Below are positions 1 through 10,618 of a DNA stretch of 64,000 nt, one piece after another. A model generated the notes under the pieces. The model was given only the letters and a program-made list of their open reading frames with translations, searched no databases and was not told where the DNA came from. The first letter of the stretch is position 1. Each line of letters opens with the position of its first letter. This stretch comes from Candidatus Poribacteria bacterium (lineage in GTDB: Bacteria > Poribacteria > WGA-4E > PCPOR2b), in assembly GCA_965215015.1 (NCBI GenBank), contig OZ244042.1, positions 4,928,001 through 4,992,000 of the forward strand. Reading direction: 5' to 3'. Position numbers and translations under genes: made by a program.

Positions 1-1
1 G

Positions 2-2260
2 GACAGTAAGGGTCGCATCATCAGTGAAGCGGTTAGGCGCCTGCTTTATAAGAGTCACCCGTATGGGCAACAGACGACCCTCGGTTCAATCGAACATCTG
101 AAAAACCCATCTCTGAAGCAGATGTACCAGTTCTACCATACCTACTATGTGCCCAATAACATGGCAATCCACATCTCCGGCGACATCAATAGCGAGGAGA
201 CTATCGGTATTATCGACGAGCATTTTTCGCGGTGGGAACCGGAAGCACTTCCTGAAGCGAAAACGTGGAGGGAAGAACCACTTCAAGGCGCCGAGCGTGT
301 AACGGTCAAATATCAGGCTGAGGAGTATGTACTGCTTGCATTTCGCACAGCGAGCCGCAATCATCGTGATGCAGAAGCCTTGAAACTGCTCGACATGACC
401 CTAGATAACGCAACCGCCGGACTAATCAACCTGAACCTCAATCAGGGGCAAAAAGTCCGCGAGGCTGGCTCCTATCCCTATCTTGACAACGATTACGGAG
501 CACAATATCTGTGGGGTATTCCTAAGGAAGGACAATCTCTTGCAGAGGTTGAGGGGCTCCTCCTAGAACAGATTGAGCTCATCAAAAAAGGTGAGTTTGA
601 AGAATGGATTATTCCAGCGGTTGTGACCGACTTTAAGAAATCTCAGAAGGCAGATTTGGAGTCGAATCGTGCGCGGGTGAGTATCATGCGCGATTCGTTC
701 TTAGCCTATCAAGATTGGGAGACCACTGCCGGGGAAATCTCACGCCTGGAAAAGTTGACCAAACAGGACATTGTTACTGTAGCTAACCGATATTTTGGCG
801 ATAACTATGTCGCAGGCTATCGGGTGGATGAACAGCACGAAGTCCCCTCCATTGAAAAGCCTACCCTTGATATAATTGCGATTGATGCCACACGGCAATC
901 CGATTTCGCTAAGGGAGTCCTGGAGATGTCTGTGGAAGAGATTGAGCCTGTCTTTGTCGATGCGGCCACAGACTATCGGATCGCCGACTATCACGAAGGA
1001 GTCAAACTCTACTACGCTCAAAATCCTATCAACGACCTTTTTGCCTTCACGATTTCCATTGATGTCGGCATCCGCCACAATAATAAATTGGCTATTGCCG
1101 CGCAACTGCTCGATAAATCCGGCACCCCGAAATACAGCAGCGAAGATTTGAAGAAGGAGTGGTATAAATTGGGCACCGATTTCAACCTCAACGTTGGAAA
1201 CAATGAAACGACTATTTCTATTTCGGGGCTTGACGAAAACTTCAGTGCGTCTTTGGCGTTGCTTATGGAGTACCTGAAGCAGCCTACCACCGAGGCTGTA
1301 ACGCTCGAAGAACTAATCAAAATTATCTTGGCGAATCGGGAGGATGCCAAGAAAAATTACCGCAGTATTCGAGGGGCCTTGGTAAATTACAATCGTCATG
1401 AGGAGGATTCGCGCTATCTGCGGTTGTTACCCAGTGAAGCTGTCAAGAAGCTAACGGTGACAGAACTCCACGAAGTCATTCAAGGGCTCTTGAGCTACAG
1501 ACACACTATCAGCTATACCGGTTCAATCCCGCTTGATGAAATACGAGCGGCCCTCAAAGCGCATCATCCTATCTCAGGGGCTTTGGTCGCACCCCCACCT
1601 TACTATTTCCTCAGAACGCGTATTCCTGAAAAGACCGAGATACTGTTCTTCCATAAAGAATTGGCGCAATCGCAGGTGGACATTGAATTTGGGGGTGAAG
1701 ATTACAACGAAGCGAACAATCCCGCCATCCAGCTCTATAACGCTTACTTTGCAGGAGGAATGTCTGGTATCGTCTTCCAAGAGCTACGCGAAGCACGGGC
1801 ACTTGCCTATTCCACATTTGCCAGATATGCAACGGGCAGCCGCAAGGGTGAGCAAAATCTGATGTGGGGATATATCGCGTGCCAAGCGGACAAAACGCCG
1901 GAGGCAGTGAAAGCCCTCATCAATCTTATTGATAACCTGCCAGAATCGCCTGAGCGATTCGATGAGGCGCGCCAATCCAGAATCAATCGGTATCGCACGG
2001 CAAAAATCGGTTTCCGAGAGGTGATTGGTGCCGTGCGTTCTTGGGAACGCTTGGAGGTCCCAGTTGATCCGCGAAAGACACGCTATGAATCGATCCGGAC
2101 GTCGAATATGGACCTAATGCTCCAATTCCATAAAGCGCACATTCAAGACAATCCAAAGCTCATTTCTATCGTTGGAGATCGGAACAAGATGGACATGGAA
2201 AGGCTGGCGACGGTTGGTCAGGTGATAGAAATCGGCTTGGAGGATATCTTCGTCGATTGA
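2..2260 (+). CDS. M16 (insulinase-family) zinc peptidase, 5'-truncated by window edge
   Basis: Frame is open from base 2 (DSKGRIISEAVRRLLYKSHPYGQQTTLGSIEHLKNPSLKQM...). HPYG..G motif and C-terminal 'FQELREARALAYS' are typical of M16B peptidases. Confidence 0.9.
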   Translation, partial: DSKGRIISEAVRRLLYKSHPYGQQTTLGSIEHLKNPSLKQMYQFYHTYYVPNNMAIHISGDINSEETIGIIDEHFSRWEPEALPEAKTWREEPLQGAERVTVKYQAEEYVLLAFRTASRNHRDAEALKLLDMTLDNATAGLINLNLNQGQKVREAGSYPYLDNDYGAQYLWGIPKEGQSLAEVEGLLLEQIELIKKGEFEEWIIPAVVTDFKKSQKADLESNRARVSIMRDSFLAYQDWETTAGEISRLEKLTKQDIVTVANRYFGDNYVAGYRVDEQHEVPSIEKPTLDIIAIDATRQSDFAKGVLEMSVEEIEPVFVDAATDYRIADYHEGVKLYYAQNPINDLFAFTISIDVGIRHNNKLAIAAQLLDKSGTPKYSSEDLKKEWYKLGTDFNLNVGNNETTISISGLDENFSASLALLMEYLKQPTTEAVTLEELIKIILANREDAKKNYRSIRGALVNYNRHEEDSRYLRLLPSEAVKKLTVTELHEVIQGLLSYRHTISYTGSIPLDEIRAALKAHHPISGALVAPPPYYFLRTRIPEKTEILFFHKELAQSQVDIEFGGEDYNEANNPAIQLYNAYFAGGMSGIVFQELREARALAYSTFARYATGSRKGEQNLMWGYIACQADKTPEAVKALINLIDNLPESPERFDEARQSRINRYRTAKIGFREVIGAVRSWERLEVPVDPRKTRYESIRTSNMDLMLQFHKAHIQDNPKLISIVGDRNKMDMERLATVGQVIEIGLEDIFVD

Positions 2261-2301
2261 AGTCTGTTGATCGGATTTCTAAGCCGAACACGACTTGATA
2301 C

Positions 2302-2596
2302 TGTGAACAACACATACCTTGTCATTATACTAACCGCACTGATTGGCGAACTTGTCCTTCGTCGTTGCGCGTTATTTGTGCGTCAATCAATCGTGATGGA
2401 ACCTGGCAGTGTCCAAGCTGCGATCCACAGTTGGATAAAGACCGCAACGCGACGGTTAATATCCATAGGGTGTGGGAGTATGTCAACACACTTATCGCAC
2501 CGATGTTTAACAAGTTTACACAGTCATCCGCCGGTGCTTCAGCGTATCGCAGTATTACGTCAATTCGGCAGCGGGTTGCGCGCATCTTCAGACTGA
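2302..2596 (+). pseudogene. Fragmented M48/Ste24-like peptidase remnant interrupted by an IS605/tnpB fragment
   Basis: Three M48-like pieces in different frames: hydrophobic N-terminus 'NNTYLVIILTALIGEL', 'TLIAPMFNKF', and 'HSHPPVLQRI'. Confidence 0.6.
2377..2486 (+). mobile_element. tnpB: IS200/IS605-family remnant: tnpB C-terminal zinc ribbon plus right end
   Basis: 'WQCPSCDPQLDKDRNATVNI' matches W.CP.C....DRD.NA..NI, followed by GTGTGGGAGTATGTCAA ending in TCAA. Confidence 0.7.
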
Positions 2597-2613
2597 TTTT
2601 TTTATTAACACCA

Positions 2614-3666
2614 TCAAACCTTCCAGCTCAACGGCACGGACAGTTCTTGTGCAAGCACATCTAAGTCCGCTGCCAACTGGGACGGAATTGGAATGCCATC
2701 CCTGAGATACTCAGCTCGGCGGCGATAACTGCCCTCGCCGGGCCACTGCGCCTCGCCCTGCTCTTTCGCCGCCGGTGCGGATTTTAGGTGGGCTTTGAGC
2801 ACCTCAGTCCTTTCCTTTAACCAGTCTCCGTGAGGCCGGATAGCGATGAAAAGCTTCGAGGAGCCTCCCGATGTATCCGTCGGGTGCCCCTCCGTCCCTA
2901 GTTCGTAGCAGAGCAAGCCACCCGCTAGGCCCGCTGTCAGGAGCTCAATCATGAACGCTAGCCCGGAGCCCTTATGTTCACCCATCGGCAGAAAGCGTTG
3001 GGATTCGACAATCGCCTCCGGATCTGTTGTCGGCTTTCCCTCGGTGTCTAAACCCCATCCAAAGGGAACACGTTGGCCCGCCTCGGCGGCTTCCCGGACC
3101 CGACCAATGGCAGTCTGCGTCATTGCGAGGTCCAACACAACCGGCTCGCCCCCATCCTCCACGGGTACACCGATAGCCATCGGGTTATTCCCTAGAGACG
3201 CCACAGAAGTTCCCCACGCAGGAAAGTTAATGATAGCGTTTGTAAACACCAACCCAATCATGCCGACACGCGCCGCCCGTGCTGCATAGCTATATCCACG
3301 CCCCCAGTGTGCCACACCGCGGATAACCGCCGCACCGATGCCGTAGGTTTCGGCACGTTCTATTGCCATATCCATCCCGACAGCAGAGACATAACGTCCA
3401 ATGCCTCGGTCCGTCTCCGCGAGTACCGAAGCCGGATACTCTGCAAGAACTTTCACTTCCGGGGCTGGGTTCGTCAATCCGGTTTGGATGTTTTCAACCA
3501 TCACCGGCAGCAATCTCACGCCGTGTGAATGCACGCCACAAAGGTCGACCTCCGTGCCAATCTCTGCCTCTACTTCCGCTACATGTAATGGCGTACCAAC
3601 AGCCATCAGCGTCTCTTTGAAAAATTGTATCAGTTCAGGCTGCTCGATTCGCTTTGAATCTACCAT
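2614..3666 (-). CDS. Ldh_2-family (malate/L-lactate/ureidoglycolate dehydrogenase-like) oxidoreductase
   Basis: 'GVHSHG', 'AHWG', 'GNNPMAIG', 'LDLA', 'GEHKGSGLA' motifs. Confidence 0.9.
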   Translation of the reverse strand: MVDSKRIEQPELIQFFKETLMAVGTPLHVAEVEAEIGTEVDLCGVHSHGVRLLPVMVENIQTGLTNPAPEVKVLAEYPASVLAETDRGIGRYVSAVGMDMAIERAETYGIGAAVIRGVAHWGRGYSYAARAARVGMIGLVFTNAIINFPAWGTSVASLGNNPMAIGVPVEDGGEPVVLDLAMTQTAIGRVREAAEAGQRVPFGWGLDTEGKPTTDPEAIVESQRFLPMGEHKGSGLAFMIELLTAGLAGGLLCYELGTEGHPTDTSGGSSKLFIAIRPHGDWLKERTEVLKAHLKSAPAAKEQGEAQWPGEGSYRRRAEYLRDGIPIPSQLAADLDVLAQELSVPLSWKV

Positions 3667-4026
3667 TATCGAATACCTCGACTTAGAAAATAATCCATGT
3701 TTGAATGAAAAAGAGTTGGTTTCCCATCAACTCAATTAATGCTATAATTGACATGAAGGCCCTGAATAATAGTAGGGAATAAGTAGTTACTGACTTCCCG
3801 TTTTCCTCTTCATCAGGGCAGGTACCGATTTCGTTTCTTCGTCTCTCCCGATGAAACCGTGAATCCATGATATGGTAGGCATCCCCTTTGGAAGGCAACC
3901 GAATCGGGACTTGCGGGGGCTTAGGGGTGCGACGTTGCGTTAAATTCAGAGAAAAGCCCCTATCTACTCATTGCGTAATAGTATTGACCTGCGTGAGACT
4001 TGAGGAATGTAAAAGGAGAACCGATT

Positions 4027-4764
4027 ATGGCATCTTTTGACGAACTCGATTTCAAACTTCGCACCTTCATGCAACTCTATCGCTATCGACGTTACGACTC
4101 AACGCCGCACACCCCATTACAACGACCATTAGCAGAGTGTCGAGTTGCCTTAGTCACGACCGCAGGTCTACATACAGCGTCTCAGGAACCGTTCGATGAT
4201 CACTTCAAAGGCGGCGATTATTCCTATCGGGACATTCCCAACACCGTTGATGTACAAGGGTTGACAATCGCGCACAGAAGCACAGCATACGATCAGACCG
4301 GCAGCTTTACAGATCGAAATCTGGTGTTTCCGCTCGATCGCTTTCGAGAGCTAGAACAGACGGGCAAAATCGGGCAGCTCAACGATCGACATTTCAGCTT
4401 TATGGGGTCACAAACTGCTCCGGGGAGGTTAATTAAACGCACTGCCCCGGAGGTTGGGCGGCACCTCAAATCGGATGGCGTGGAGGTCGCCTTTCTGACC
4501 CCCGTCTGACCGCTATGTAATCAGTCCGTTGGGCTGATCCAGCGTGCAATCGAGGCGGTTGGTATCTCAACCGTTTCGATTACTTTAGTTCGGAGTATTG
4601 CTGAGCAGGTCAAGCCGCCCCGAGCCCTTGCTGTGCCATATTGCTTCGGCTACCCACTTGGGGAGCCGAACAACCCAACCCTGCACCATAAGATCATCTC
4701 AGCTGCGCTCGCTCTTTTACAGGATAGTCAACCTCTCCCCATTCTAGAGACGTTTACCCTTTAA
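4027..4764 (+). CDS. Selenoprotein of the glycine/sarcosine/betaine/D-proline reductase selenoprotein B family (PrdB-like); Sec at TGA 4507-4509
   Basis: SD AAAGGAGA precedes ATG 4027. Motifs 'VALVTTAG' and 'DRNLVFPLDR'. Reading through TGA gives 'LTPV-U-PLCNQSVGLIQRAIEAVGISTVSI...KPPRALAVPYCFGYPLGEP' to TAA 4762-4764 (245 aa). Confidence 0.88.
4511..4544 (+). promoter_or_regulatory. Putative bacterial SECIS element
   Basis: ATCAGTCC(4520-27)/GGGCTGAT(4531-38) stem with a GTT loop starting in G, 18 nt after UGA. Lower stem CGCT/AGCG. Confidence 0.75.
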
Positions 4765-4997
4765 TCACTTTAACAGATTTACTATGAATGAACTCCATCA
4801 ACCGATGCTACGGAAAATCAACAAAGAAAAGTTCATTCGTACATTAGGGCTAACGCAGTTGAACCCTCGAAGCCTTGTAGATCTATACTCATATCCCCAC
4901 ACCGAAACGTCAATTTCAGCGAGGGCAGGCTCTGCACCCTTATGACAGATTCGGTGTGAACACCTTTCAACGCCCGCCCGATGAATCGGGCGGTGAC

Positions 4998-5511
4998 AGT
5001 GAATCCCAAAGTAGTAGGGGCATTCCGCCGTACCATCCCCCCGCTAAACACCCTGTGGGTTGTCCGTCAATTCCTGGCGCATTGAACCTACCCCCCTCAA
5101 TCCCCCCGCAAGCAGGGGGAAGAGATACCGTATGGGTATTTGGCACTTCTTTTCCCCTCACCGCTTGCGGGGAGGGGCTAGGGGTGGGGTTCTTAGGGGG
5201 GTTCTTGCGGTTACGGCATACGGAGTATGCCTACTGCTGTCGGTTTTACCCCCCCCCGTCTTTGAGTGAATCCCAAAGTAGTAGGGGCCCTCCGCCGTAC
5301 CATCCCCCCGCTAAACACCCTGTGGGTTGTCCGTCAACTCCTGGTGCCTTGAGCCTACCCCCCTCAATCCCCCCGCAAGCGGGGGGAAGAGATATCGTAT
5401 GGGTATTTGGGACTTCTTTTCCCCTCCCTGCTTGCGGGGAGGGGCTAGGGGTGGGGTTCTTGCGGTTACGGCATACGGAGTATGCCTACTGCTGTCGGTT
5501 TTACCCCCCGC
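4998..5511. repeat. Tandem duplication (period 267 bp) of a composite REP-like intergenic unit
   Basis: AGTGAATCCCAAAGTAGTAGGGG starts at 4998 and 5265. Units contain CCCCCGCAAGC/GCTTGCGGGG and GGCATACGGAGTATGCC palindromes. A related copy lies at ~60500-60750. Confidence 0.85.
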
Positions 5512-5673
5512 CTTTGATTGGAGAGTGTATCAACAGTTGCAAACTCGCATCATTTAGTTAGTATATTTTTCACCTAGAGAATGATCAATCAGTGTTTCTT
5601 ATTATAACATAGGAAGCTGACAAGGAGAACGAAAACCGTAATGCGATTGCCCTGAACCTATCCCCCAAAGTTG

Positions 5674-5703
5674 TTGACAAAAAGAGAATCAAGATGTTAT
5701 CAT
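5674..5703 (+). promoter_or_regulatory. sigma70-like promoter
   Basis: TTGACA-N18-TATCAT with TGn extension, upstream of 5771. Confidence 0.55.
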
Positions 5704-5770
5704 TGCTAATATGTAATCTATCTCAATACGATCGACGCACCCCAAAATATCGCGATTAGAGGAGATGTGA

Positions 5771-8152
5771 GTGAAACACCTGAGATTTTTCCTAGCCGTA
5801 TCATTGCCCCTCGGCATTCTCGCTGCCATATCCATATCTGTCGATGCACGCCCACTAGACCCAGGGTTACATAGTGCCATTCGGTCCGCCCGAAAATATA
5901 TCAATCCCAAGTCAAGTTACGTCCCCAGCGAAATTGAAAAGTGTTTTACAGACACCTTCAACACCCTCGCCCGAAACTGGGATCGGCTGCCAGCAATCTA
6001 TCAGCGCGAGTTTCAGGGGATTTTCCTGCGCCCGGGGCAGCCCGGTAGCCCCTACAGTTCCGTCAATTTGCCAAAGAAGTTCGATACCCTCCACTTTCGA
6101 TTCCACTACACGACTGTCGGCCCGCACGCGCCACCGCTTGAAGATGTCAATCCAATGAACGGGGTGCCGGATTACGTTGATATGTGTGCCGAGGCACATG
6201 AAAAATCCTTCCATGTCGAGGTTGACCTGATGGGCTTTAAGCGACCCTTTGACGATTTTTGGGTCGCAGAAAACGGCGGCAATCATAAATACGATGTATA
6301 CCTATTTCAGTTTCCGGCACTCGGTTTTACAACAACTGATTGGTATAATGGGCGGGTACGCCCGACCGTCGCGACTTTTGGCCCCTATTTTGCCCTAAAT
6401 ACCCGTTTGTACGACTATTTTGGCAAGTTAGAGGGTATCCGATACATGGAAACAACCGCTGCCCATGAATTACTGCACGGGATTCAGTTTGCCTACAACG
6501 CACGGATGCCGGGTTGGTTTATGGAGGCTTCAGCGACATGGATTGAGTCGAAAGTATACGATGGTGGACGGGTGGACGACCTCGACGATATCCCAGATCC
6601 TGACGAAATGGGTGAGACCGATGCCTATGACTATTACACCAGACAGCTTGGCATTTTTTTAGATCAGCCTGACATTGCTCTCGACAGTCGCGTCGGTTTG
6701 CACGAATATGCAGCGGTAATCTGGGTGTTTTACATGGCAGAGCGATTCGATGTCGATATTGTCCGGCAGTTTTATGGGGATGCAACCAGAGGCTCTTACC
6801 GCGAATTTGGTAACTTTTTCAATGTCTTTGCCGACCATGGTACAACGCTAGTTGAAGCGTTTAAGACATTTACCGAGTGGAACTACTTTACTCATAGCCG
6901 TGATGATGGGAAACACTATTTCAATGGGCATCGTTTCCCGCCGGTCGCCATTCATCCGCACGATGTACATAACGCCTATCCTGTTCGCGTTGATTTCGAT
7001 TCAGAGGCGATGCCAGAGCACTTCTCGGCACGCTATATTGTTTTTGAGCCTATCCCCGGCGTTGTGATGAATGAATTCGCAATCAAAGTTGATGGCGCCG
7101 ACATCGCCCCAATTGACATGAGTTCCCTCAGTCTTACAGACCGAAACCCAATTCAGGAAGAATTGAATCGACTCAATAATTTTGGCTTGCGCGGTTGGGG
7201 TGCAAAGTTTATCGTTGAAAAGCGGGACGGAACGCACGAAGTCCGAGAAGCGTTCACTTACCAGCGTTCTCAGGAAGGGCAAATCACATTCAACGATTTC
7301 GGGGGTGATATTAAGAAGATTACGCTCATCCTGATTAATGTGCATCCGGATGTCGAGCAGGTCATTATCCCCGGCGGAGACTATTTTGGCGGTGCTGTAA
7401 GCTATATGGCAGGGCGTCCACCCGCCGGGACCCTTTCGACCCCCACCGTCTCCCAGGAGGACGACGCTAGCGTGCGTGTACAGTGGCAGCTTGAAAATTT
7501 GAGCGATATTCGTGAGGTGGTTATCGTCCGAAAGCGATATACATCGTTGATTGAAACCGATGACCCGCAGCCATTCCAGACCGCCGCGGAAGTGCTGAAC
7601 GCAGCAGATCGGGATGACAATGGCATTCCCAACGATGACATCAACATCGTCGGACGGGTCAACGCAACGGACACACACTTTCAAGACACGACGATATTTC
7701 AAGATATTGATGTAGAGGATAACCGTTTCGATCCACAGGATACCCGCTACTTTTATGCTGTTGTGCCCGTTGATGCGATTGGCATCATGGGCACGCCGAG
7801 CATTGACCCAAACGGTATCACCCCTGTCTTTAACCCGTTAGCTATCCCCGCCGCTCCGATGCAGACTCGGCTACTCCAAAGTTACCCAAATCCGTTCAAT
7901 CCAGAGGTTTGGATCCCTTACGAGTTAGGAGCGGATGCCTCCGTATCAGTTGAAATCTACAATATATCAGGGCAGTTGGTACGGACATTGCCAATCGGTA
8001 TGAGAAAGCGTGGACAGTATATCGCTAAGGATAAAGCCGTCTACTGGGATGGGCGTACCCAGTTGGGAGAGCGAGCTGCCAGCGGTGTCTACTTCTATGT
8101 GCTGAAAGCTGGCGATTATGTCTCCATGCGGAAGATGGCGATTCTGAAGTAG
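5771..8152 (+). CDS. Secreted zinc metalloprotease-like protein (MXAN_6640-like) with C-terminal FlgD-Ig/'YPNPFNP' domain
   Basis: Signal peptide, 'TAAHELLHGIQFAY' HEXXH plus 'WFMEASATW', and C-terminal 'LLQSYPNPFNPEVWIPY...WDGR...SGVYFY'. Confidence 0.8.
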   Translation: MKHLRFFLAVSLPLGILAAISISVDARPLDPGLHSAIRSARKYINPKSSYVPSEIEKCFTDTFNTLARNWDRLPAIYQREFQGIFLRPGQPGSPYSSVNLPKKFDTLHFRFHYTTVGPHAPPLEDVNPMNGVPDYVDMCAEAHEKSFHVEVDLMGFKRPFDDFWVAENGGNHKYDVYLFQFPALGFTTTDWYNGRVRPTVATFGPYFALNTRLYDYFGKLEGIRYMETTAAHELLHGIQFAYNARMPGWFMEASATWIESKVYDGGRVDDLDDIPDPDEMGETDAYDYYTRQLGIFLDQPDIALDSRVGLHEYAAVIWVFYMAERFDVDIVRQFYGDATRGSYREFGNFFNVFADHGTTLVEAFKTFTEWNYFTHSRDDGKHYFNGHRFPPVAIHPHDVHNAYPVRVDFDSEAMPEHFSARYIVFEPIPGVVMNEFAIKVDGADIAPIDMSSLSLTDRNPIQEELNRLNNFGLRGWGAKFIVEKRDGTHEVREAFTYQRSQEGQITFNDFGGDIKKITLILINVHPDVEQVIIPGGDYFGGAVSYMAGRPPAGTLSTPTVSQEDDASVRVQWQLENLSDIREVVIVRKRYTSLIETDDPQPFQTAAEVLNAADRDDNGIPNDDINIVGRVNATDTHFQDTTIFQDIDVEDNRFDPQDTRYFYAVVPVDAIGIMGTPSIDPNGITPVFNPLAIPAAPMQTRLLQSYPNPFNPEVWIPYELGADASVSVEIYNISGQLVRTLPIGMRKRGQYIAKDKAVYWDGRTQLGERAASGVYFYVLKAGDYVSMRKMAILK

Positions 8153-8480
8153 AGGCGTAAAACGCAACGCAATGAGTAGATAGGGACTTTTTTCTGAATT
8201 TATCGCAACGTCGCAAAGGTGCCTGCCTCTAGGCCCCCGCAAGCACAAGGGGAGGGGGGGCCACGAAGCACCGCAGATAGGACCGATTCCCGCTTGTAGT
8301 AGCGCAATTCATTGCGCGTAACAGGGCCACGAGACACCACAAATAGAACCGATTCGCTGAGATTGGACAAGATTCGCGGACGTCTTAAAAAATGGCTTGG
8401 CTCGCTTGCGTTTTATTAAAAGCCAGTAACTACTTATTCCCAAACATAATTGCATTCCTTGGCACTAGAGGATCTTTCAA

Positions 8481-9413
8481 GTGATAAAAAATACGATTAT
8501 TGTATCTATTTTCTCTTTTGTTTTGCTTTCTAACCTTGGTTGTGGCGAGGAGGGTTTAATCGACCCACACGGCGAAGTAGAATTTTCGCCTCGTGCTAGT
8601 GAAGGATTTCAAGCTTCCGACTTCCCCACAAACAACGGATCCGCCTGGACCTATCTTAATGTCGGATTGGGACTGTATAACCCTGGAAATGAAAGCATAC
8701 AGGACCTACTAGAGGAAACCTTTACAATTAGGATTGAAGGCATACGGGATATTAGCGGGTTCACTCACCGTCGGGCAACCGTCAGTGAAATCAGAGCTGT
8801 CGTTCTCACAGAGCGCGGAGCGGAAGAAAGATTCTTTCAAGAAGTGGTCGATCATCTTACAGCGAATGCGCTTTATTATCGCATCAACTCCGATTTTTTC
8901 CCTTTCAGGTTGCCAATTTCTTCAACCTACTTCTTAAAAACACCGCAAGCCTATACCGAATCAGCGTTTGATGTTTATGATAACTCTTTGCCGCCTCAGA
9001 AACATTTCCCGCCGCGTCTGCTTTGGGATTTTCCCCTGCAGATCGGAAAAGAGTGGACTGTCTTTGAAACCAAAACGTCATCAACACATCGGGTAATCCG
9101 CCGTGTTGTCAATGCGAATGTCTCAGTAACGGTTCCCGCCGGGAGTTACAATGAGGCTTACCTGGTTGAGGAGGAAATTGTCGGTTTGTCGCGACTGCCA
9201 GCGTTAAAATTATCTGACGATTTCCAGACACTCACGCCGGATAACTACGAACCCGCGAAATATTGGGTGGTTCCGAATGTCGGCGTTGTTAAATATCAGT
9301 ATACCTATCTATTGCCCGATAGGGAATTAGAGAATGGAGAGGTCTTCAATCTGCTTCTGTCTGGAGATTTTGAGTTGATCCAGTTTGAACTCCCCGACGA
9401 CAATTCACGTTAG
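8481..9413 (+). CDS. Hypothetical lipoprotein
   Basis: Signal peptide with lipobox-like 'NLGC'. 'VTVPAGSY' and 'YWVVPNVGVVK' beta-rich motifs. Confidence 0.7.
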   Translation: MIKNTIIVSIFSFVLLSNLGCGEEGLIDPHGEVEFSPRASEGFQASDFPTNNGSAWTYLNVGLGLYNPGNESIQDLLEETFTIRIEGIRDISGFTHRRATVSEIRAVVLTERGAEERFFQEVVDHLTANALYYRINSDFFPFRLPISSTYFLKTPQAYTESAFDVYDNSLPPQKHFPPRLLWDFPLQIGKEWTVFETKTSSTHRVIRRVVNANVSVTVPAGSYNEAYLVEEEIVGLSRLPALKLSDDFQTLTPDNYEPAKYWVVPNVGVVKYQYTYLLPDRELENGEVFNLLLSGDFELIQFELPDDNSR

Positions 9414-9561
9414 TTTACGTTTACCCATTCGCTCATTTAAAGAATGGGTACAACAGAAGCCATAGAGGCTTGCCTCTCCACCTGCTTGCGGGGGGGGTTG
9501 GGGGGTAAGGGGCACTTCTCCTTCGTATCTTGCACTTTCTTTTAACATGAGCCTACCCATT

Positions 9562-10377
9562 ATGCAGCCATTACAATTCATTAAAAAGAAGATTAAGCAA
9601 TTATTTTACGTCCTCTATCAGAAACGCCTTCAGCGGGAGGCGAGCCAATGGCAAATCCCTTATCATATCGGAATTATCTTGGACGGGAACCGCCGGTACG
9701 CGAAAACGGAAGGCTTTTTTGATGTCGCTAAACGGCAGTACGGACACTCCGAAGGAGGGGATAAGCTAGAGGAAGTCCTCCATTGGTGCGACGAATTGGG
9801 CGTCAAGATTGTCTCAATCTGGATCTGTTCCCTTGATAACTTCGTCAATCGCGAAGAGGAGGAAGTGGCGGAAATCTTCAATGTCATTGAAACAAAGATG
9901 CGATCGCTGCTCACCATCGAAGGACTCCACACCAATCAGATTAAGGTACGTCCCATGGGAGAACTGGAGTTACTGCCGCCAAGTCTCCAAGAAGCTATTC
10001 GCGATGTGGAGGAAGCGACAAAAAACTACGATAAATTTATCCTCAACGTCGCTGTGGCTTACGGTGGACGCGAGGAAATCGTCGAAGCGTTTCGGCGTTA
10101 CCTAAAATCGGAATTGAGGGAAGGCAAAGCACCGGACCAGATAGCATCGGAACTGAGTGCGGATAAGATTACCACACATCTCTACACCTCCAATCTCCCC
10201 GACCCAGATCTGATTATCCGAACCAGCGGCGAGATTCGACTCAGCGGCTTCATGCTCTGGCAAAGTGCGTATTCAGAATACTACTTCTGTGATACCTATT
10301 GGCCCGGTTTCAGGAAAATCGACTTCCTGCGGGCTATCCGGGACTATAGCCACCGGGAACGACGGTTCGGAAGATAG
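9562..10377 (+). CDS. uppS: Cis-prenyltransferase (undecaprenyl diphosphate synthase family)
   Basis: 'HIGIILDGNRRYA', 'AYGGREEI', 'PDPDLIIRTSGEIRLSGFMLWQSAYSE', 'RERRFG'. The ATG at 9547 lies in a MITE end, so 9562 is preferred. Confidence 0.93.
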   Translation: MQPLQFIKKKIKQLFYVLYQKRLQREASQWQIPYHIGIILDGNRRYAKTEGFFDVAKRQYGHSEGGDKLEEVLHWCDELGVKIVSIWICSLDNFVNREEEEVAEIFNVIETKMRSLLTIEGLHTNQIKVRPMGELELLPPSLQEAIRDVEEATKNYDKFILNVAVAYGGREEIVEAFRRYLKSELREGKAPDQIASELSADKITTHLYTSNLPDPDLIIRTSGEIRLSGFMLWQSAYSEYYFCDTYWPGFRKIDFLRAIRDYSHRERRFGR

Positions 10378-10449
10378 GCGACACGCACATACGAAAGAAA
10401 AACATCCCCCCAAGCGGAAGGAAGGGATAGCAACCAGGGGAGAGGCAAT

Positions 10450-10608
10450 CTTAATTAGGTTCGTAGTAGCGCAATTCATTGCGCGTGAGAGATGGCAACC
10501 AGGGGAGAGCCACCCTTAATTGGGTTTGTAGTAGCGCAATTCATTGCGCGTCAGGGAGGGCAACCGGTGGGAGAGGCAAGACCCTATTGTCTCATGAAAC
10601 ATTACGCC
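10450..10608. repeat. Two 65-bp GTAG-hairpin (REP-like) units
   Basis: CTTAATT.GGTT.GTAGTAGCGCAATTCATTGCGCGT at 10450 and 10515. Confidence 0.85.
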
Positions 10609-10618
10609 CAGCACCCCC

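Noticed and set aside
4000-4509. 169-aa protein ending at TGA
   Set aside because: Better explained as Sec read-through to 4764.
4956-5561. 201-aa repetitive ORF
   Set aside because: It is a translation of the duplicated REP-like unit.
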